This document shows positions 21,137 to 31,391 of a DNA stretch of 64,000 nt, in pieces. How positions within the stretch are numbered: the stretch's first letter is position 1; each line of letters starts with the position of its first letter. Location: positions 224,001-288,000 of the forward strand of contig CAVVUN010000001.1 of assembly GCA_963751455.1 (NCBI GenBank), written 5' to 3'. The translations under genes and the position numbers were made by a program. The notes under the pieces are model-generated. The model saw nothing but the letters and a program-made list of their open reading frames with translations, searched no databases and was not told where the DNA came from. Origin of the DNA: Nitrospirota bacterium (GTDB lineage Bacteria; Nitrospirota; UBA9217).

Positions 21137-21910
21137 ATGACAGACAATTTTAATAAACTCATAGCTCTCATGGCCACTCTTCGCGGGCCGGAAGGGTGCC
21201 CCTGGGACGCCAAACAGACGTCTGATTCGCTGAAACCGTTCCTGATAGAAGAATGCTACGAAGTGGTTGACGCCATCGATGAGGGCATTCCCGATAAGGT
21301 AAAGGAGGAATTGGGCGATCTCCTGTTTCAGATCGTATTCCATGCCCGCCTTGCCGAGGAAAAAGGCCAGTTCACGATGAACGACATCCTGTCGGTGAAC
21401 CTGGAAAAGATGATCCGGCGGCACCCTCATGTTTTCGGTAATGAAAAGCTCACGACCGACCGGGAAGTCCTCGCCAATTGGGAAGAGATCAAGAAGAAGG
21501 AAAAAGGCTACGAACAGAGGAAGTCGGTCCTTGAAGGCGTTCCCAAAAGCATGCCCTCGCTCATTCGGGCGCACCGGCTCCAGGAACGGGCAGCCCGCGT
21601 CGGATTCGACTGGAACAGGATCGATGAGGCGCTCCCGAAGCTCGACGAGGAGCTCGCGGAGTTCAAGGAGTCCCTCCAGAGCGGCGATGCAGCGAAAATA
21701 GAAGAAGAGCTGGGCGACATCTTTTTTATGCTCGTCAATCTTTCGCGCTTCCTTGACGTTGACCCTGAAAACGCCTTAAGAAAAACGATCAGCAAATTCA
21801 TCCGCCGTTTTCGCTATATTGAAGAAAAATCGGCAGGTGCCGGAAAATCCCTGAGCGATATGACGATTGATGAGATGGAAAAGCTCTGGCAGGAATCGAA
21901 GCAGAAATAA
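21137..21910 (+). CDS. mazG: Nucleoside triphosphate pyrophosphohydrolase MazG
   Basis: LRGPEGCPWD, EECYEVVDAI, EELGDLLFQ and a second EELGD domain. Confidence 0.95.
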   Translation: MTDNFNKLIALMATLRGPEGCPWDAKQTSDSLKPFLIEECYEVVDAIDEGIPDKVKEELGDLLFQIVFHARLAEEKGQFTMNDILSVNLEKMIRRHPHVFGNEKLTTDREVLANWEEIKKKEKGYEQRKSVLEGVPKSMPSLIRAHRLQERAARVGFDWNRIDEALPKLDEELAEFKESLQSGDAAKIEEELGDIFFMLVNLSRFLDVDPENALRKTISKFIRRFRYIEEKSAGAGKSLSDMTIDEMEKLWQESKQK

Positions 21911-21941
21911 AAACAGAGGGGAAATGCCGTCCCCTCTGTTT
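21911..21941. terminator. Bidirectional intrinsic terminator
   Basis: AAACAGAGGGG-N9-CCCCTCTGTTT between convergent genes. Confidence 0.8.
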
Positions 21942-21963
21942 GAAATCACGCCGCATTCTCCTT

Positions 21964-23196
21964 TTAGAAAGTGCAGGAATCCCCGCCCATCAGCGTACAA
22001 CTGCTGAATGTCTTCACATCCGATCCGACGGTAACCGTTACAGGAGATCCAAAAACGATCGTCGCATTGTTGACCGTGACCGTGCCGGACGCCGGACATT
22101 CTGCCCCCGAAAGGGTATGTATGGGAGTTGCGACTCCCGTACCGATCGTGATCGTACCCGGAACACATCCATACTGGCTAAGATCAGGCTGCCAGGAAAG
22201 CCCGATACTTCCGTCGATCCATTCATCTGTGCTTAGATCTGCATTCGTGCGCACTTTGTCTTTCAGATTGGAGAGTGAGATTGTCATGGCAAAGATACTG
22301 CTGCCGCCACTTGAATAATCGAAGACGAAGCTTCCATTCAACGTGTCTTCGTCCGTTGTGACCGTGCCGCTCGTTGTCGTCGTTGCTGAGGTCCAGACAT
22401 CGCTGATATTGTTGAAACTGAAGGTGGCGATATCGCCTCCGCTGCCCGTTTCAGTAAATGATCCGTTTGCGTCGTTTCTTCCGCTGGTTAAGTTATTCGT
22501 GTTGTTAAACGTTCCGTTTAATACATCTGTAGAATATAAGGTATCGCTGAGGTACAATTTTACCGTAAAATTAGTGGCAGTCATGTTTTCTATGTTGGAC
22601 GAATTATCGAGTAAATGTTTACGATAGAGCTGTAATGTTCCGGATACGACCGTGTAGGTCGTAGAGGTGCTTTGCCTGCAGTTTGTAAATTGTATCGTTG
22701 CAGTGTCTTCATCATAAGATCCCGGCACAGATGTATCCGAGCCGCTAACCGAGTACGTGCCGCTGCCTCCTGCGCAGGTTGTGGGCGATATAGAGATTGA
22801 GGTCGCGTTCATTGTTTTTAAAGAACGGCTTTTCTGAACAGCGCTCCCGATTACAGGAAGCTTGAGGTCGGCAACCATCTTATCTACCACGTTTTTTAGC
22901 CGTGGGTCGAGATATGCGATTGCATCGGTATTAACAGCCTTACCTCTTTTCTTCGGAGCATAGGACGGAACTTCACTGCTCGCCATACTGGAAGATTGAT
23001 CAAGCGTCGATGTCAACGTTACTGCGCCGGTTACGGCCTTTGTAGAAGATGAGGCCTGGGTGGCGTTAGTATAGGTGACCTGCCCGCCTCCATCGTTGCC
23101 GCCCCCGCCTCCGCTGCATGACAATATTGATCCAGCCAATAAAGCAGTTACCGACAGAACACTTAATAATCTAACTATTGTGATTCTCCTGAACAT
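21964..23196 (-). CDS. Ser/Thr-rich beta-strand lipoprotein, unknown function
   Basis: Lipobox ILSC followed by a poly-Gly linker. Paired Cys residues near the C-terminus. Confidence 0.75.
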   Translation of the reverse strand: MFRRITIVRLLSVLSVTALLAGSILSCSGGGGGNDGGGQVTYTNATQASSSTKAVTGAVTLTSTLDQSSSMASSEVPSYAPKKRGKAVNTDAIAYLDPRLKNVVDKMVADLKLPVIGSAVQKSRSLKTMNATSISISPTTCAGGSGTYSVSGSDTSVPGSYDEDTATIQFTNCRQSTSTTYTVVSGTLQLYRKHLLDNSSNIENMTATNFTVKLYLSDTLYSTDVLNGTFNNTNNLTSGRNDANGSFTETGSGGDIATFSFNNISDVWTSATTTTSGTVTTDEDTLNGSFVFDYSSGGSSIFAMTISLSNLKDKVRTNADLSTDEWIDGSIGLSWQPDLSQYGCVPGTITIGTGVATPIHTLSGAECPASGTVTVNNATIVFGSPVTVTVGSDVKTFSSCTLMGGDSCTF

Positions 23197-23338
23197 TTCG
23201 GCATCCTCCCTTTTGCGGCATAATGATTAAATATTAGAACAAATTTATCGTGCAATTAAGATACAGTCAAGGTACTAATCACTTTTTTTGTAATTAATGG
23301 TGAGTTAACACGCAAGGAATTGCATTTTTGTGTTACGG

Positions 23339-25249
23339 TTATTTTATTGTGAGAGTATAATTGCCGTATTTACCGGCAGATAGCGGTTTGGGAGAATACG
23401 GCGTCGATGTGACCTTTACATAGTACGTACCCGAAGGCAGAGTGCCTGTCGAAATTTTTGAGGCAAGTAAATCGTCGCCGTTTTCATGACATGCATAGTC
23501 GTAGGAAGAGCAGTTAAAGGGCTCATTATAAGGGTAAGGAGTGGTTCTTCCTGTATTGTCGTTTGAATCGAGCAGTGTTGTTCCCTCCGGGCCCATCAAC
23601 TCAACAAAGGTATCTGCACCGTTTAAAAGACCTGTGGTTGTTATCGTGTAACTGCTGGTTCCGTTTGCGGTAAACTTTGCGTAATCGGCAGAACCGGCAG
23701 GATAAAGTCCAAGACTCACAGGAACCGAATATGCTAACGCAGAGATCGGGCTGTCATATCCTTCTTCCAGATATCGAATTCCCCTGTCCTCAAATTTTGA
23801 GCGGACAGTAGCTATTTCCGATGCTATTGAAGGCCTCTGTAGCCAGCTGTCCCATAATAATTCAACATTTACGGGCGTAGCTGCAGTTTTAAAGGCATTG
23901 GATTGAAGGATGTCCATAATCGGCTGCATAGTGTAGTTACTGAGCAGATTGACCAGCACATTAGCAACAGCAACTTCGCTGGAAGCATAGTAAAACGGTG
24001 AACCTCCAGGATTTCCAAAATCGAATGGAATCTGCGCGTAATTGCCGGCCGTATCAACATACCCTGAAAACGGCATTGATGCAGTGGTAGACAAGCGGGA
24101 AGCGTCGTTCGATAAGAGCCATTTCTTGACAGCTGACGGGAAGAAATTTCCCCAGCCTTCGCTCCAGGAGAGCCGCAGGTCCTGGTCGTTATCGGTTAGA
24201 TAGTGATACCCGCCCGGGGACTGGTCGCGTGAAAATTTATCAGCTATAAAGTGTCCGAGTTCATGCAGGATGACATCATCGTCGTATTCGTCAGTATCAC
24301 CGTTACCATCCCCGCCAAGCACGTAAATTCCGTCGTTTCCGCAGCCGGTGCAATAGTAAGTCCCATTTTGATTGCCCTTTGCCCAGAATGCTACTATGGC
24401 GGGAGGACTTACGCCAAGACTGTGCATGAACTGGAAGGCATTTGTATAGACATCCATGATGTTGAATGCTCCACCAGCGTCGCCTGCTGAAGGAACCGAT
24501 ATATTCACGACGGATGTGCCCGTAGGCGTAAAAATGCCGCTTGCAAAGCTATAAAGAGCATTAGCAGTAGTGAGATCCTTCACGTCGATAGCAGGAGAAC
24601 CGCCGAACGACATCGACGATATGACCCGTACATAAACAGGGTCGCTGCCTTGGGAAACGAGAAAGCTATATGTGCCATCCGTGCCGGTAATACCGGAAGC
24701 TAACACTGTGCCGAATGAATCAACGAGTTCAATGTCGGCAAGCCGGACAGGCTTGTAATATCCTGTCCTTAAGGTAAACCCGGACATGTTGTACTCCCTA
24801 TCTTCGTACTGAACGGTTCCGCTGATCAATATCGGGCCTGCCAACCCGGCTTCCGGGGTCGCTGAAACTTCCGGCGATTCCGCACTTTCCTCGGATCCAT
24901 TCAAAGCTGTGACTACAAAATAGTAAGTTTTGTTGTTCAAAAGGCCTGTGGGAACGTAGGGGCTTACTGCTCCGGAAACTGATACGCCGTCAGTCAAATT
25001 CGTATAATTGGTCTTTTTCACACCAGTCTGGGAGGCCATATAAACCTTATACGAAGTCGCGCCCTCAACTCCCCGCCAACTCAGGGTTACTTTCCCGTCG
25101 CCGGCTACGACACTAACAGCAGCTGGAGCCGAGAACCCGGATGTGCTTCCCGGTGGAGACGGATCCGCGGAATGTTTCGATCTGCAGCCGTCCTGAAATA
25201 TGAGCACAGCGGCAAGAATAAAGAGAATAAAAACATTTTTGCGATTCAT
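23339..25249 (-). CDS. Lipoprotein with FN3 domain, zinc metallopeptidase domain and PPC-like C-terminal domain
   Basis: Possible lipobox QDGC. FN3 (VTLSW…SYKVY…GLLNNKTYYFVVTA). DDDVILHELGH plus SWSEGWGNF zincin motifs. C-terminal ADTFVEL…NDN…GTYYVKV. Confidence 0.78.
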   Translation of the reverse strand: MNRKNVFILFILAAVLIFQDGCRSKHSADPSPPGSTSGFSAPAAVSVVAGDGKVTLSWRGVEGATSYKVYMASQTGVKKTNYTNLTDGVSVSGAVSPYVPTGLLNNKTYYFVVTALNGSEESAESPEVSATPEAGLAGPILISGTVQYEDREYNMSGFTLRTGYYKPVRLADIELVDSFGTVLASGITGTDGTYSFLVSQGSDPVYVRVISSMSFGGSPAIDVKDLTTANALYSFASGIFTPTGTSVVNISVPSAGDAGGAFNIMDVYTNAFQFMHSLGVSPPAIVAFWAKGNQNGTYYCTGCGNDGIYVLGGDGNGDTDEYDDDVILHELGHFIADKFSRDQSPGGYHYLTDNDQDLRLSWSEGWGNFFPSAVKKWLLSNDASRLSTTASMPFSGYVDTAGNYAQIPFDFGNPGGSPFYYASSEVAVANVLVNLLSNYTMQPIMDILQSNAFKTAATPVNVELLWDSWLQRPSIASEIATVRSKFEDRGIRYLEEGYDSPISALAYSVPVSLGLYPAGSADYAKFTANGTSSYTITTTGLLNGADTFVELMGPEGTTLLDSNDNTGRTTPYPYNEPFNCSSYDYACHENGDDLLASKISTGTLPSGTYYVKVTSTPYSPKPLSAGKYGNYTLTIK

Positions 25250-25289
25250 CAATACGGTACCTTCGATATAATTATGATTACGGGTTTAA

Positions 25290-25784
25290 TCAGTTTGACT
25301 CGATAATGTCCCTGCCACGTTTGTCTTTTTTGATGCGGGGCTCCCGGTGCGGCTTCTTATCTGTATCAGGACCGAGAATATACGTGGTCTCAACTCTGAA
25401 CCCTGGCTTATTGTCATGGGGAAGAGAGATAGATGCCTTGATTCCGCCTTTACCCTTGGCCGGAGTACGAACCGTGATCTTCATCTGCTTCTCGGTATTT
25501 TTCTCGACCGGACCTGACCAGGATGTCCCCCCGTACAGAAGTTCAGCCCCGCCTGTAAGCTCTATCCTGATCCTCATTTCAGGAGCTTCCGTCATCGAGC
25601 GGGCAGTAACAAGGAAATCCAGGGTTTCACCTGGTTGTATGCTCGACTGCGTAACGCCAGTTTGAACCGGGGCTATGGTCACGAAAAGCGGCGGCAGTGC
25701 CTTGCGCCCAGCCGCTAAGGAAGTACCCGGCCACACAGATACGAACAATATGCAAATAAATAGAATAATTTGTTTCATTCTCAT
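25290..25784 (-). CDS. Small secreted basic beta-sandwich protein (possible partner of the downstream peptidase)
   Basis: Signal peptide MKQIILFICILFVSVWPGTSLA. About 40 bp upstream of the peptidase gene. Confidence 0.65.
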   Translation of the reverse strand: MRMKQIILFICILFVSVWPGTSLAAGRKALPPLFVTIAPVQTGVTQSSIQPGETLDFLVTARSMTEAPEMRIRIELTGGAELLYGGTSWSGPVEKNTEKQMKITVRTPAKGKGGIKASISLPHDNKPGFRVETTYILGPDTDKKPHREPRIKKDKRGRDIIESN

Positions 25785-25927
25785 TTGAGCCTCGGCAAAC
25801 AATATACACCAAAAGATTTGCGTTTTTTAGTCAAATTGTAAAAATGAGCACATTAAACAGAATCATTATTGAAAGTATAACCGGATAATTGCACGGGTTC
25901 GGAATAATTGTATTTTTCCGCAATATA

Positions 25928-25962
25928 AAAAAAGGGGGTGGGGTAAAGGCCCCACCCCCTTT
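25928..25962 (-). terminator. Intrinsic terminator after the giant lipoprotein gene
   Basis: AAAGGGGGTGGGG-N6-CCCCACCCCCTTT with an A-run on the left (U-tract on minus). Confidence 0.85.
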
Positions 25963-25989
25963 GATATCGATTTACTGACTGCTATAACA

Positions 25990-28900
25990 TTAACGATCCT
26001 TGCTCATGATCATGATGTACTGCTTCAGGGATTCCTGCTTCAGGTACTGGTTTCCGGAGCTCGAGGGCGCGACACGCGCTTTGTAGTAATACCCTGTTCC
26101 CGGATACAGAGTGTTCACATCGATGTTATGACCATGACCTGTCCACGTCACTTCGTCATAGGCATTCACTCCGATCGTGAATTGTGTTCCAGCGCCGAAA
26201 TCCAATTGGAAGCTGAAGCTGGATCCGTCAAACGTGATCGGTTTTTTATTCATCTCCATCTGGTCTCTCGGATCGCTCGAATACTCCTGGCTTGTGCTCG
26301 TACCGGTCAGCGGGTCATAGCTGTTGACCCATGCATAGACGCGGCTCGGTATATATCCTGATGCATTCGCATCTATTATCGTGCCGGTCACGTTCTGCAC
26401 ACCGGTGATTCCTGTAGCTCCGTTCGTCGGTGATGTAATCGTCACGAATTGGGGCTTCGGCCTCGCGTTTGCTGTCTGGATGCTCACACCTGCGTAGTTC
26501 CACGCTGAATCGTTGATGCTGACATAGTTCCAGCCGTCATAGACATCCACGGTAATGCTGAATGTGCTGTCGGCGTTAATCGTGAACTGATGGTTTCCTC
26601 CGGTGGAATCCATATAGTTGCCTGTTCCGGCAGGAGCCGTCGTGCTTCCGGTTATGGTTACCTGCTGAACTGACGTTGTTCCTGATGTCGCATCCCACTG
26701 CGAGTCGCCGCATCCGCCGTACGGATTTACCATCTTCACGGCAGACGAGACAGCGGATACCGTGATCGGGGGCGTTGGTTTAATACCATTACTGCTGTTC
26801 ACGCCGAAGCTGATGTTACTTTGATAGTTGCCGCCGTCTATATTGATCCAGGTGGATCCGCTGTTGGTGCTATCGTAGACCGGGATGCCGGTAATGGTCC
26901 AGCTGTATAAACCCGACCCTGTTGCTGTTTCTGTGGTGTCTGCGGTTGCCGATTTTACATCATTGAGACCGCACACGCCTATATGAGCATTGATCGTTCG
27001 GCCCGGCCTGTTGGTTGTGCCGATTACCGTAATGGTCTGGTAGGCTCCTGCATCGTAGTTGCCATAAGTATCGACGGTAAGAGGGACGTTATCCGAATTC
27101 CTGACCTCGGTTAACGTTACAGCCGGATTCTGATACGCACAGCCGCTCGCGGGACCCGTTATGGAAATGCCCGTCCACTTGTAATTCGCGTCATTGATGT
27201 CGACGTAGTTATAGTTTCCTGCACCGCCGACAATGGGAACGGTGACGGTGAAGGTGCCCAGCGTGCCCTCTGTTCCTGTCAACTTCACGGTCTGCCATTC
27301 ACTATGAGACGTGGAGCCGTCATAGCCATTCCAGTTGACATTCACATCGCCGACCAGGGCTTGCCCTACGATTGTTGCGGAGCAGGTCGTAACGCTTGCC
27401 GTGCCCATGCCGCCGGTGGGCGCAGTATAGGGATCGCCGTTGATCGTGCTGATCGTTGCCTTCATCACCTGCTTGCCCAGCGTGATGTAGATGTTCAATC
27501 CGTACCAGTTCCCGTCAGCGTCGTTCATGCTGACATTGTTCCAGCCGGTGAAAAGCTCCACAGTAAGGCTGAAGGAACCATCGGTCATGGCTTTCAAGGT
27601 GCCGTTGGAGTTGCTTCCTTCGCTGTTGATCCAGTAGGTCCCATCGATCGGTTTTTTGAGTCTGCCGGTTACGGTTACAGTGTAGTCGCTATCCCCGGTT
27701 GCATCCCATTCGGTGCTGTTGCCGTAGGACTTCGTCGGTGACAGGGTAGTCGTAGTTGTTGACCACACGGTTACGTTGCCGAACGGCGGAACATATACCG
27801 AGCCGGTATCCGTATAGACACCCATATTTGCGTTATACCCGTTCCCCATCGAACCGCCGGTTCCTGAGGAAACACTTCCTCCCAGGTTAAGCCAGTTGTC
27901 TCCCTGGAAGATTTCGACAGTTACCGTGAATGTCCCGTTTCCTGAGCTGTAATCGACAGGCGCCTGAGCATAGTAGTTAGCCTGAGACTCGTTCCAGACG
28001 TTTACGTTCAGGTTCGGGAGGGTGGAACCAACCGGGAGCCCGGCTACCAGGACAGCGCCTGTAATCGTCAGTTTTTTACTGCCGGATTTAAACGTTGCGC
28101 TGTCTTTACTGTTGTAGTAATCGCCGTAAGTGCCTTTTGACAGCGCTTGACCAAGATCGTCAACAACGCTTGTTATACTGATTACCGGCGGGATGCCGCC
28201 TGTTGTCTGGACTCTGAAACTCTTGCCGAGTCCCGCGCAGTCCCAGATCCCGATATTGCTCCAGCCCCGGTAGAGCTGGGCTGTCACTGTCACGTCGCCG
28301 TTTGTAAACGTGAGCGGATAATTCTGCGATCCGCTGCCGTTCACATTCAGCCCGGCGCAGCCCATATTGGTCGCTAAATCCGGGTTCATGGTGTGCACTT
28401 TTATCGTAACGGAATCGGCGCCTCCGGCATCGAATCCGTCGAAGTTCTCGTTAAAGACAAGCGGTGTAGTCGAACCGGCTGCTGTGACCGTGACAGTAAT
28501 CTCTTTGTAAATACCGTCAACGCTGAAGTTGTTGACGCTGCTGATCGCCATTATATCCGCAATGATATCTGACGTCTTGGGCGCGGTGGGATCCGTCTTG
28601 GGATCGTTGCCGATGGTATTTATCCCGATACTGCCAAGGCCGATGACCTCCCAATAATACTGACCTCCTTCAGCAAACGGTCCATTCCCTCCACCACCAC
28701 CGCCTGTACTACCACCTGGCGAATTGCTGGGGCCTCCTCCGCCGTCCTCGCAGAAGCCGAACTTGCAACTGACGTCCTTTGCGCCGACCGAGATGGGATC
28801 CTTGTCTGTCGAGATGCTCGTCATCGTGCTCGGCAGAGCAAATGCCATACCCTGTCCCGGATTGCGGGCATCAACCAGAATTACCACATAGGTCGATACA

Positions 28901-30804
28901 TTGGAAACAGCATCCCAGCTGAACGTAGCCGGCGTCGTCCCGGCAGCTACCGCAGTAGACAGCTTGCCTCCGTTTGCTATCGTCGTAGTCCCTTCCTTCA
29001 AGTAAATGTTTACTTTTGCCGGATTGACGATCGGCCTGTCCCTGGTATCGATGCCTTCCGATGCGCGAATAATCACCCAGGCGCCGTTTATCTTCTTAAG
29101 AGTAGTATAGAGCGAGTCTTTGGGCGCCGCATCAGCGCATTCCTTCAGGGCCACTGTCGAAGTTGCCGATAATTTGAATTCGAAATCGGCCGTGTCACCA
29201 ACGACATTGATGTCGCCAATAACTTCACCCGTGATGGATGTCCCACAGTACTGCCATTGCGTGAATGCATCGTTGGACAGCATATCGCTGAATTCTTTTA
29301 TAGAATACTTACCATCGCGATTCACGTCGGATCTATTGTCGATATACTGTGACGTATCGTATTCCATATAGAATTCGCCTGACATGACACTCTGTATTTG
29401 CGCCAGATTGCGGTCGTTGAAGCCGCGCACCCATTTCCCGAATACGTCCTTAACCTGCGCTTGGGCATTCTGGGTCGTCGTGTCTGCCGTGGCGGTTATG
29501 CCCGATGATAAGGATGCCGATATTGTACCGAGAGATCCGTTTAAATCCATCATGACATTGCCGGCAAGGTCTTTCCCGCCGGAGACTTTTAACGTGTAAT
29601 TGGTCCCCAGCTGAAGGGGTGTGCCGAGGGCGAATTCGTATACATAATATCCGTCGTTGTCTTTGCCGACAAACAGAACGCCCGGTTTAGCTCCAAGGCT
29701 GGGAGTGCCTTCGAGAAGAAGTGAATTAATATCGAGCACTTTGTTGGATCCGATCCTTATCGGTTTCGTTACGTCCACCGGGCTTCCCATTTCTACCACA
29801 GTCGGGCTGAGCCAGACACCGGTAGGCGCAAGAGTATCCGTCCCGGAAGCGGTCTTGAATGTGCCGACTGCCGTCAATGCCACGGCATTTCCATACACAT
29901 TTGTGACTGCGGGCACCAGGGTAGTCGCCTGGTCGGCACCTGTAACCGTAACGGTATAAACAGTATTGGCAGCAAGGGTCACCCCTGCGTCCGGATAAAA
30001 CGTGGCCGTAGTCCAATCCGGGGACAATGTCCAATGACCTGAAATGGCCGGAGATATTTTGATGCTTGAAAGATTGTCACGCCACATTGCCATGCTGAAC
30101 GAAATCTGGATGGCGGCGTTGGTCGGAAAAGTAGACGTTGAATTGCCCCACGACTGCGTGCCATCCGTATTTTTACCGAAACCGAACATTGTTCTTACCG
30201 TAGGAGCCGCATCGCTCGGCTGGGCCACCAAGTTAGTTCCGGTAACCGCATTTTCGTACTTGTTTACGATAGTCTGTGTTGCTACGAGCGGTTTCGAGCC
30301 AAGAGTAAATTTCCACGCAACCAAGGTATATTTTCCCGCCGGAATGAGAGCTCCTTCTGTATATGCCCCGTTATTTAGAGCCGCATTGGTCAAGGTGCTG
30401 AGGGTGTAATCTCCATTTGCGTCGGCAGTAGTTTCCGCAATAGGAGCAAGCCATTCAGGATGATCAGCATCATAAAGCCAGACATCGGCGTTGTTAAGAG
30501 GTATGTCAGTCGCCATAAACGTCTTGTTAAGACCGCTGGTAGGAAGTGTCGAAAGATAGAGGTCGCTGCCCGGTCTTCCCATCGGCGCACCGCCCAATGA
30601 CTTGTAGGAAGGTTTTGATACGGTACTCGACAGGGTCACTTTTCCGGAAATGGTTGTAGTAGCCGGCGTTGTGCCGCCGCCTCCATCTCCGCCTCCGCCA
30701 GTGTCAGGTGTCCCGCCGCCACCGCCTCCACCGCCGCCGCAGGACGTTATGATGAGAGCCATTGTAAGAAGAATTGCCAACAAACAAGATATCTTTTTCA
30801 TCAC
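25990..30804 (-). CDS. Giant (1604 aa) surface lipoprotein: Ig-like domains, NTF2/SnoaL-like domain, tandem Ig repeats
   Basis: Lipobox ITSC plus poly-Gly. Big_5-like segments (IQISFS…LAANTVYTVTV). NTF2-like segment (VKDVFGKWVRGFNDRNL…LKKINGAWVII). Repeated F-x-x-T-V-x-x-x-x-G-x-N modules. Confidence 0.8.
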   Translation of the reverse strand: MMKKISCLLAILLTMALIITSCGGGGGGGGGTPDTGGGGDGGGGTTPATTTISGKVTLSSTVSKPSYKSLGGAPMGRPGSDLYLSTLPTSGLNKTFMATDIPLNNADVWLYDADHPEWLAPIAETTADANGDYTLSTLTNAALNNGAYTEGALIPAGKYTLVAWKFTLGSKPLVATQTIVNKYENAVTGTNLVAQPSDAAPTVRTMFGFGKNTDGTQSWGNSTSTFPTNAAIQISFSMAMWRDNLSSIKISPAISGHWTLSPDWTTATFYPDAGVTLAANTVYTVTVTGADQATTLVPAVTNVYGNAVALTAVGTFKTASGTDTLAPTGVWLSPTVVEMGSPVDVTKPIRIGSNKVLDINSLLLEGTPSLGAKPGVLFVGKDNDGYYVYEFALGTPLQLGTNYTLKVSGGKDLAGNVMMDLNGSLGTISASLSSGITATADTTTQNAQAQVKDVFGKWVRGFNDRNLAQIQSVMSGEFYMEYDTSQYIDNRSDVNRDGKYSIKEFSDMLSNDAFTQWQYCGTSITGEVIGDINVVGDTADFEFKLSATSTVALKECADAAPKDSLYTTLKKINGAWVIIRASEGIDTRDRPIVNPAKVNIYLKEGTTTIANGGKLSTAVAAGTTPATFSWDAVSNVSTYVVILVDARNPGQGMAFALPSTMTSISTDKDPISVGAKDVSCKFGFCEDGGGGPSNSPGGSTGGGGGGNGPFAEGGQYYWEVIGLGSIGINTIGNDPKTDPTAPKTSDIIADIMAISSVNNFSVDGIYKEITVTVTAAGSTTPLVFNENFDGFDAGGADSVTIKVHTMNPDLATNMGCAGLNVNGSGSQNYPLTFTNGDVTVTAQLYRGWSNIGIWDCAGLGKSFRVQTTGGIPPVISITSVVDDLGQALSKGTYGDYYNSKDSATFKSGSKKLTITGAVLVAGLPVGSTLPNLNVNVWNESQANYYAQAPVDYSSGNGTFTVTVEIFQGDNWLNLGGSVSSGTGGSMGNGYNANMGVYTDTGSVYVPPFGNVTVWSTTTTTLSPTKSYGNSTEWDATGDSDYTVTVTGRLKKPIDGTYWINSEGSNSNGTLKAMTDGSFSLTVELFTGWNNVSMNDADGNWYGLNIYITLGKQVMKATISTINGDPYTAPTGGMGTASVTTCSATIVGQALVGDVNVNWNGYDGSTSHSEWQTVKLTGTEGTLGTFTVTVPIVGGAGNYNYVDINDANYKWTGISITGPASGCAYQNPAVTLTEVRNSDNVPLTVDTYGNYDAGAYQTITVIGTTNRPGRTINAHIGVCGLNDVKSATADTTETATGSGLYSWTITGIPVYDSTNSGSTWINIDGGNYQSNISFGVNSSNGIKPTPPITVSAVSSAVKMVNPYGGCGDSQWDATSGTTSVQQVTITGSTTAPAGTGNYMDSTGGNHQFTINADSTFSITVDVYDGWNYVSINDSAWNYAGVSIQTANARPKPQFVTITSPTNGATGITGVQNVTGTIIDANASGYIPSRVYAWVNSYDPLTGTSTSQEYSSDPRDQMEMNKKPITFDGSSFSFQLDFGAGTQFTIGVNAYDEVTWTGHGHNIDVNTLYPGTGYYYKARVAPSSSGNQYLKQESLKQYIMIMSKDR

Positions 30805-30942
30805 CTTACCCCTTTCATAAAAAATGGATTCAAATGTTCATTCTCTTCACAAAAGAGAATGCGTTTTCGCAGGTCGATAATTCTTACGTTCGTTTTAAGC
30901 TTTTCCTATTTGTCTCCTTTCTTAAAGGGAAGTATACCAAAG

Positions 30943-30979
30943 TATAAGCAAATATAGATTCGGTTCTGCTTATAGTCAA
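30943..30979 (-). promoter_or_regulatory. Sigma70-like promoter TTGACT-N17-TATATT overlapped by inverted repeat TATAAGCA…TGCTTATA
   Basis: -35 at 30979-30974, -10 at 30956-30951, palindrome arms at 30943-30950 and 30967-30974. Confidence 0.55.
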
Positions 30980-31082
30980 GGTAATATTCCCGTTTACAGC
31001 CTGAGTTCTTTTCAGCAAATTAAAACTTTTGATTACAGGTCATTTTTCTTATACAAAAAAAAGGTGGGACATCAAATAAAAT

Positions 31083-31251
31083 AAGCAATTATAATGCCGA
31101 AATAAATACTCATTAATTCAAACAATTATAAAAGTGTAGTGTGAAATTTATTACATAGCAATTGTCATAAATGACAACAGTCTTCGTAGTACTTTGAATT
31201 TATGAAAGGTTTTGTCAGGAGAATCGTGACAGAAAAGCGCACTTTCTGTCA
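31083..31251 (-). promoter_or_regulatory. Sigma54-like promoter with IHF-like site and upstream palindromic activator sites
   Basis: Minus strand TCGGCA-TTATAA-TTGCT (GG-N10-GC) at 31100-31084. IHF-like ATTCAAACAATTA at 31116-31128. TGTGA-N6-TTACA at 31140-31155. TTGTCA-TAAA-TGACAA at 31162-31177. TGACAGAAA…TTTCTGTCA at 31227-31251. Confidence 0.6.
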
Positions 31252-31391
31252 GTTATCCTGCAACGAATCCGTTGAAAAGAAGGTGAAAGGGTAATAGAGG
31301 AATCTGTTGGCCCGCTGTTATTGAGAAAAACACTACAGAAGCGCAAACAATAAAGAATAAAGAGCAGTTGGTGAACGGCATCAAATATTGA

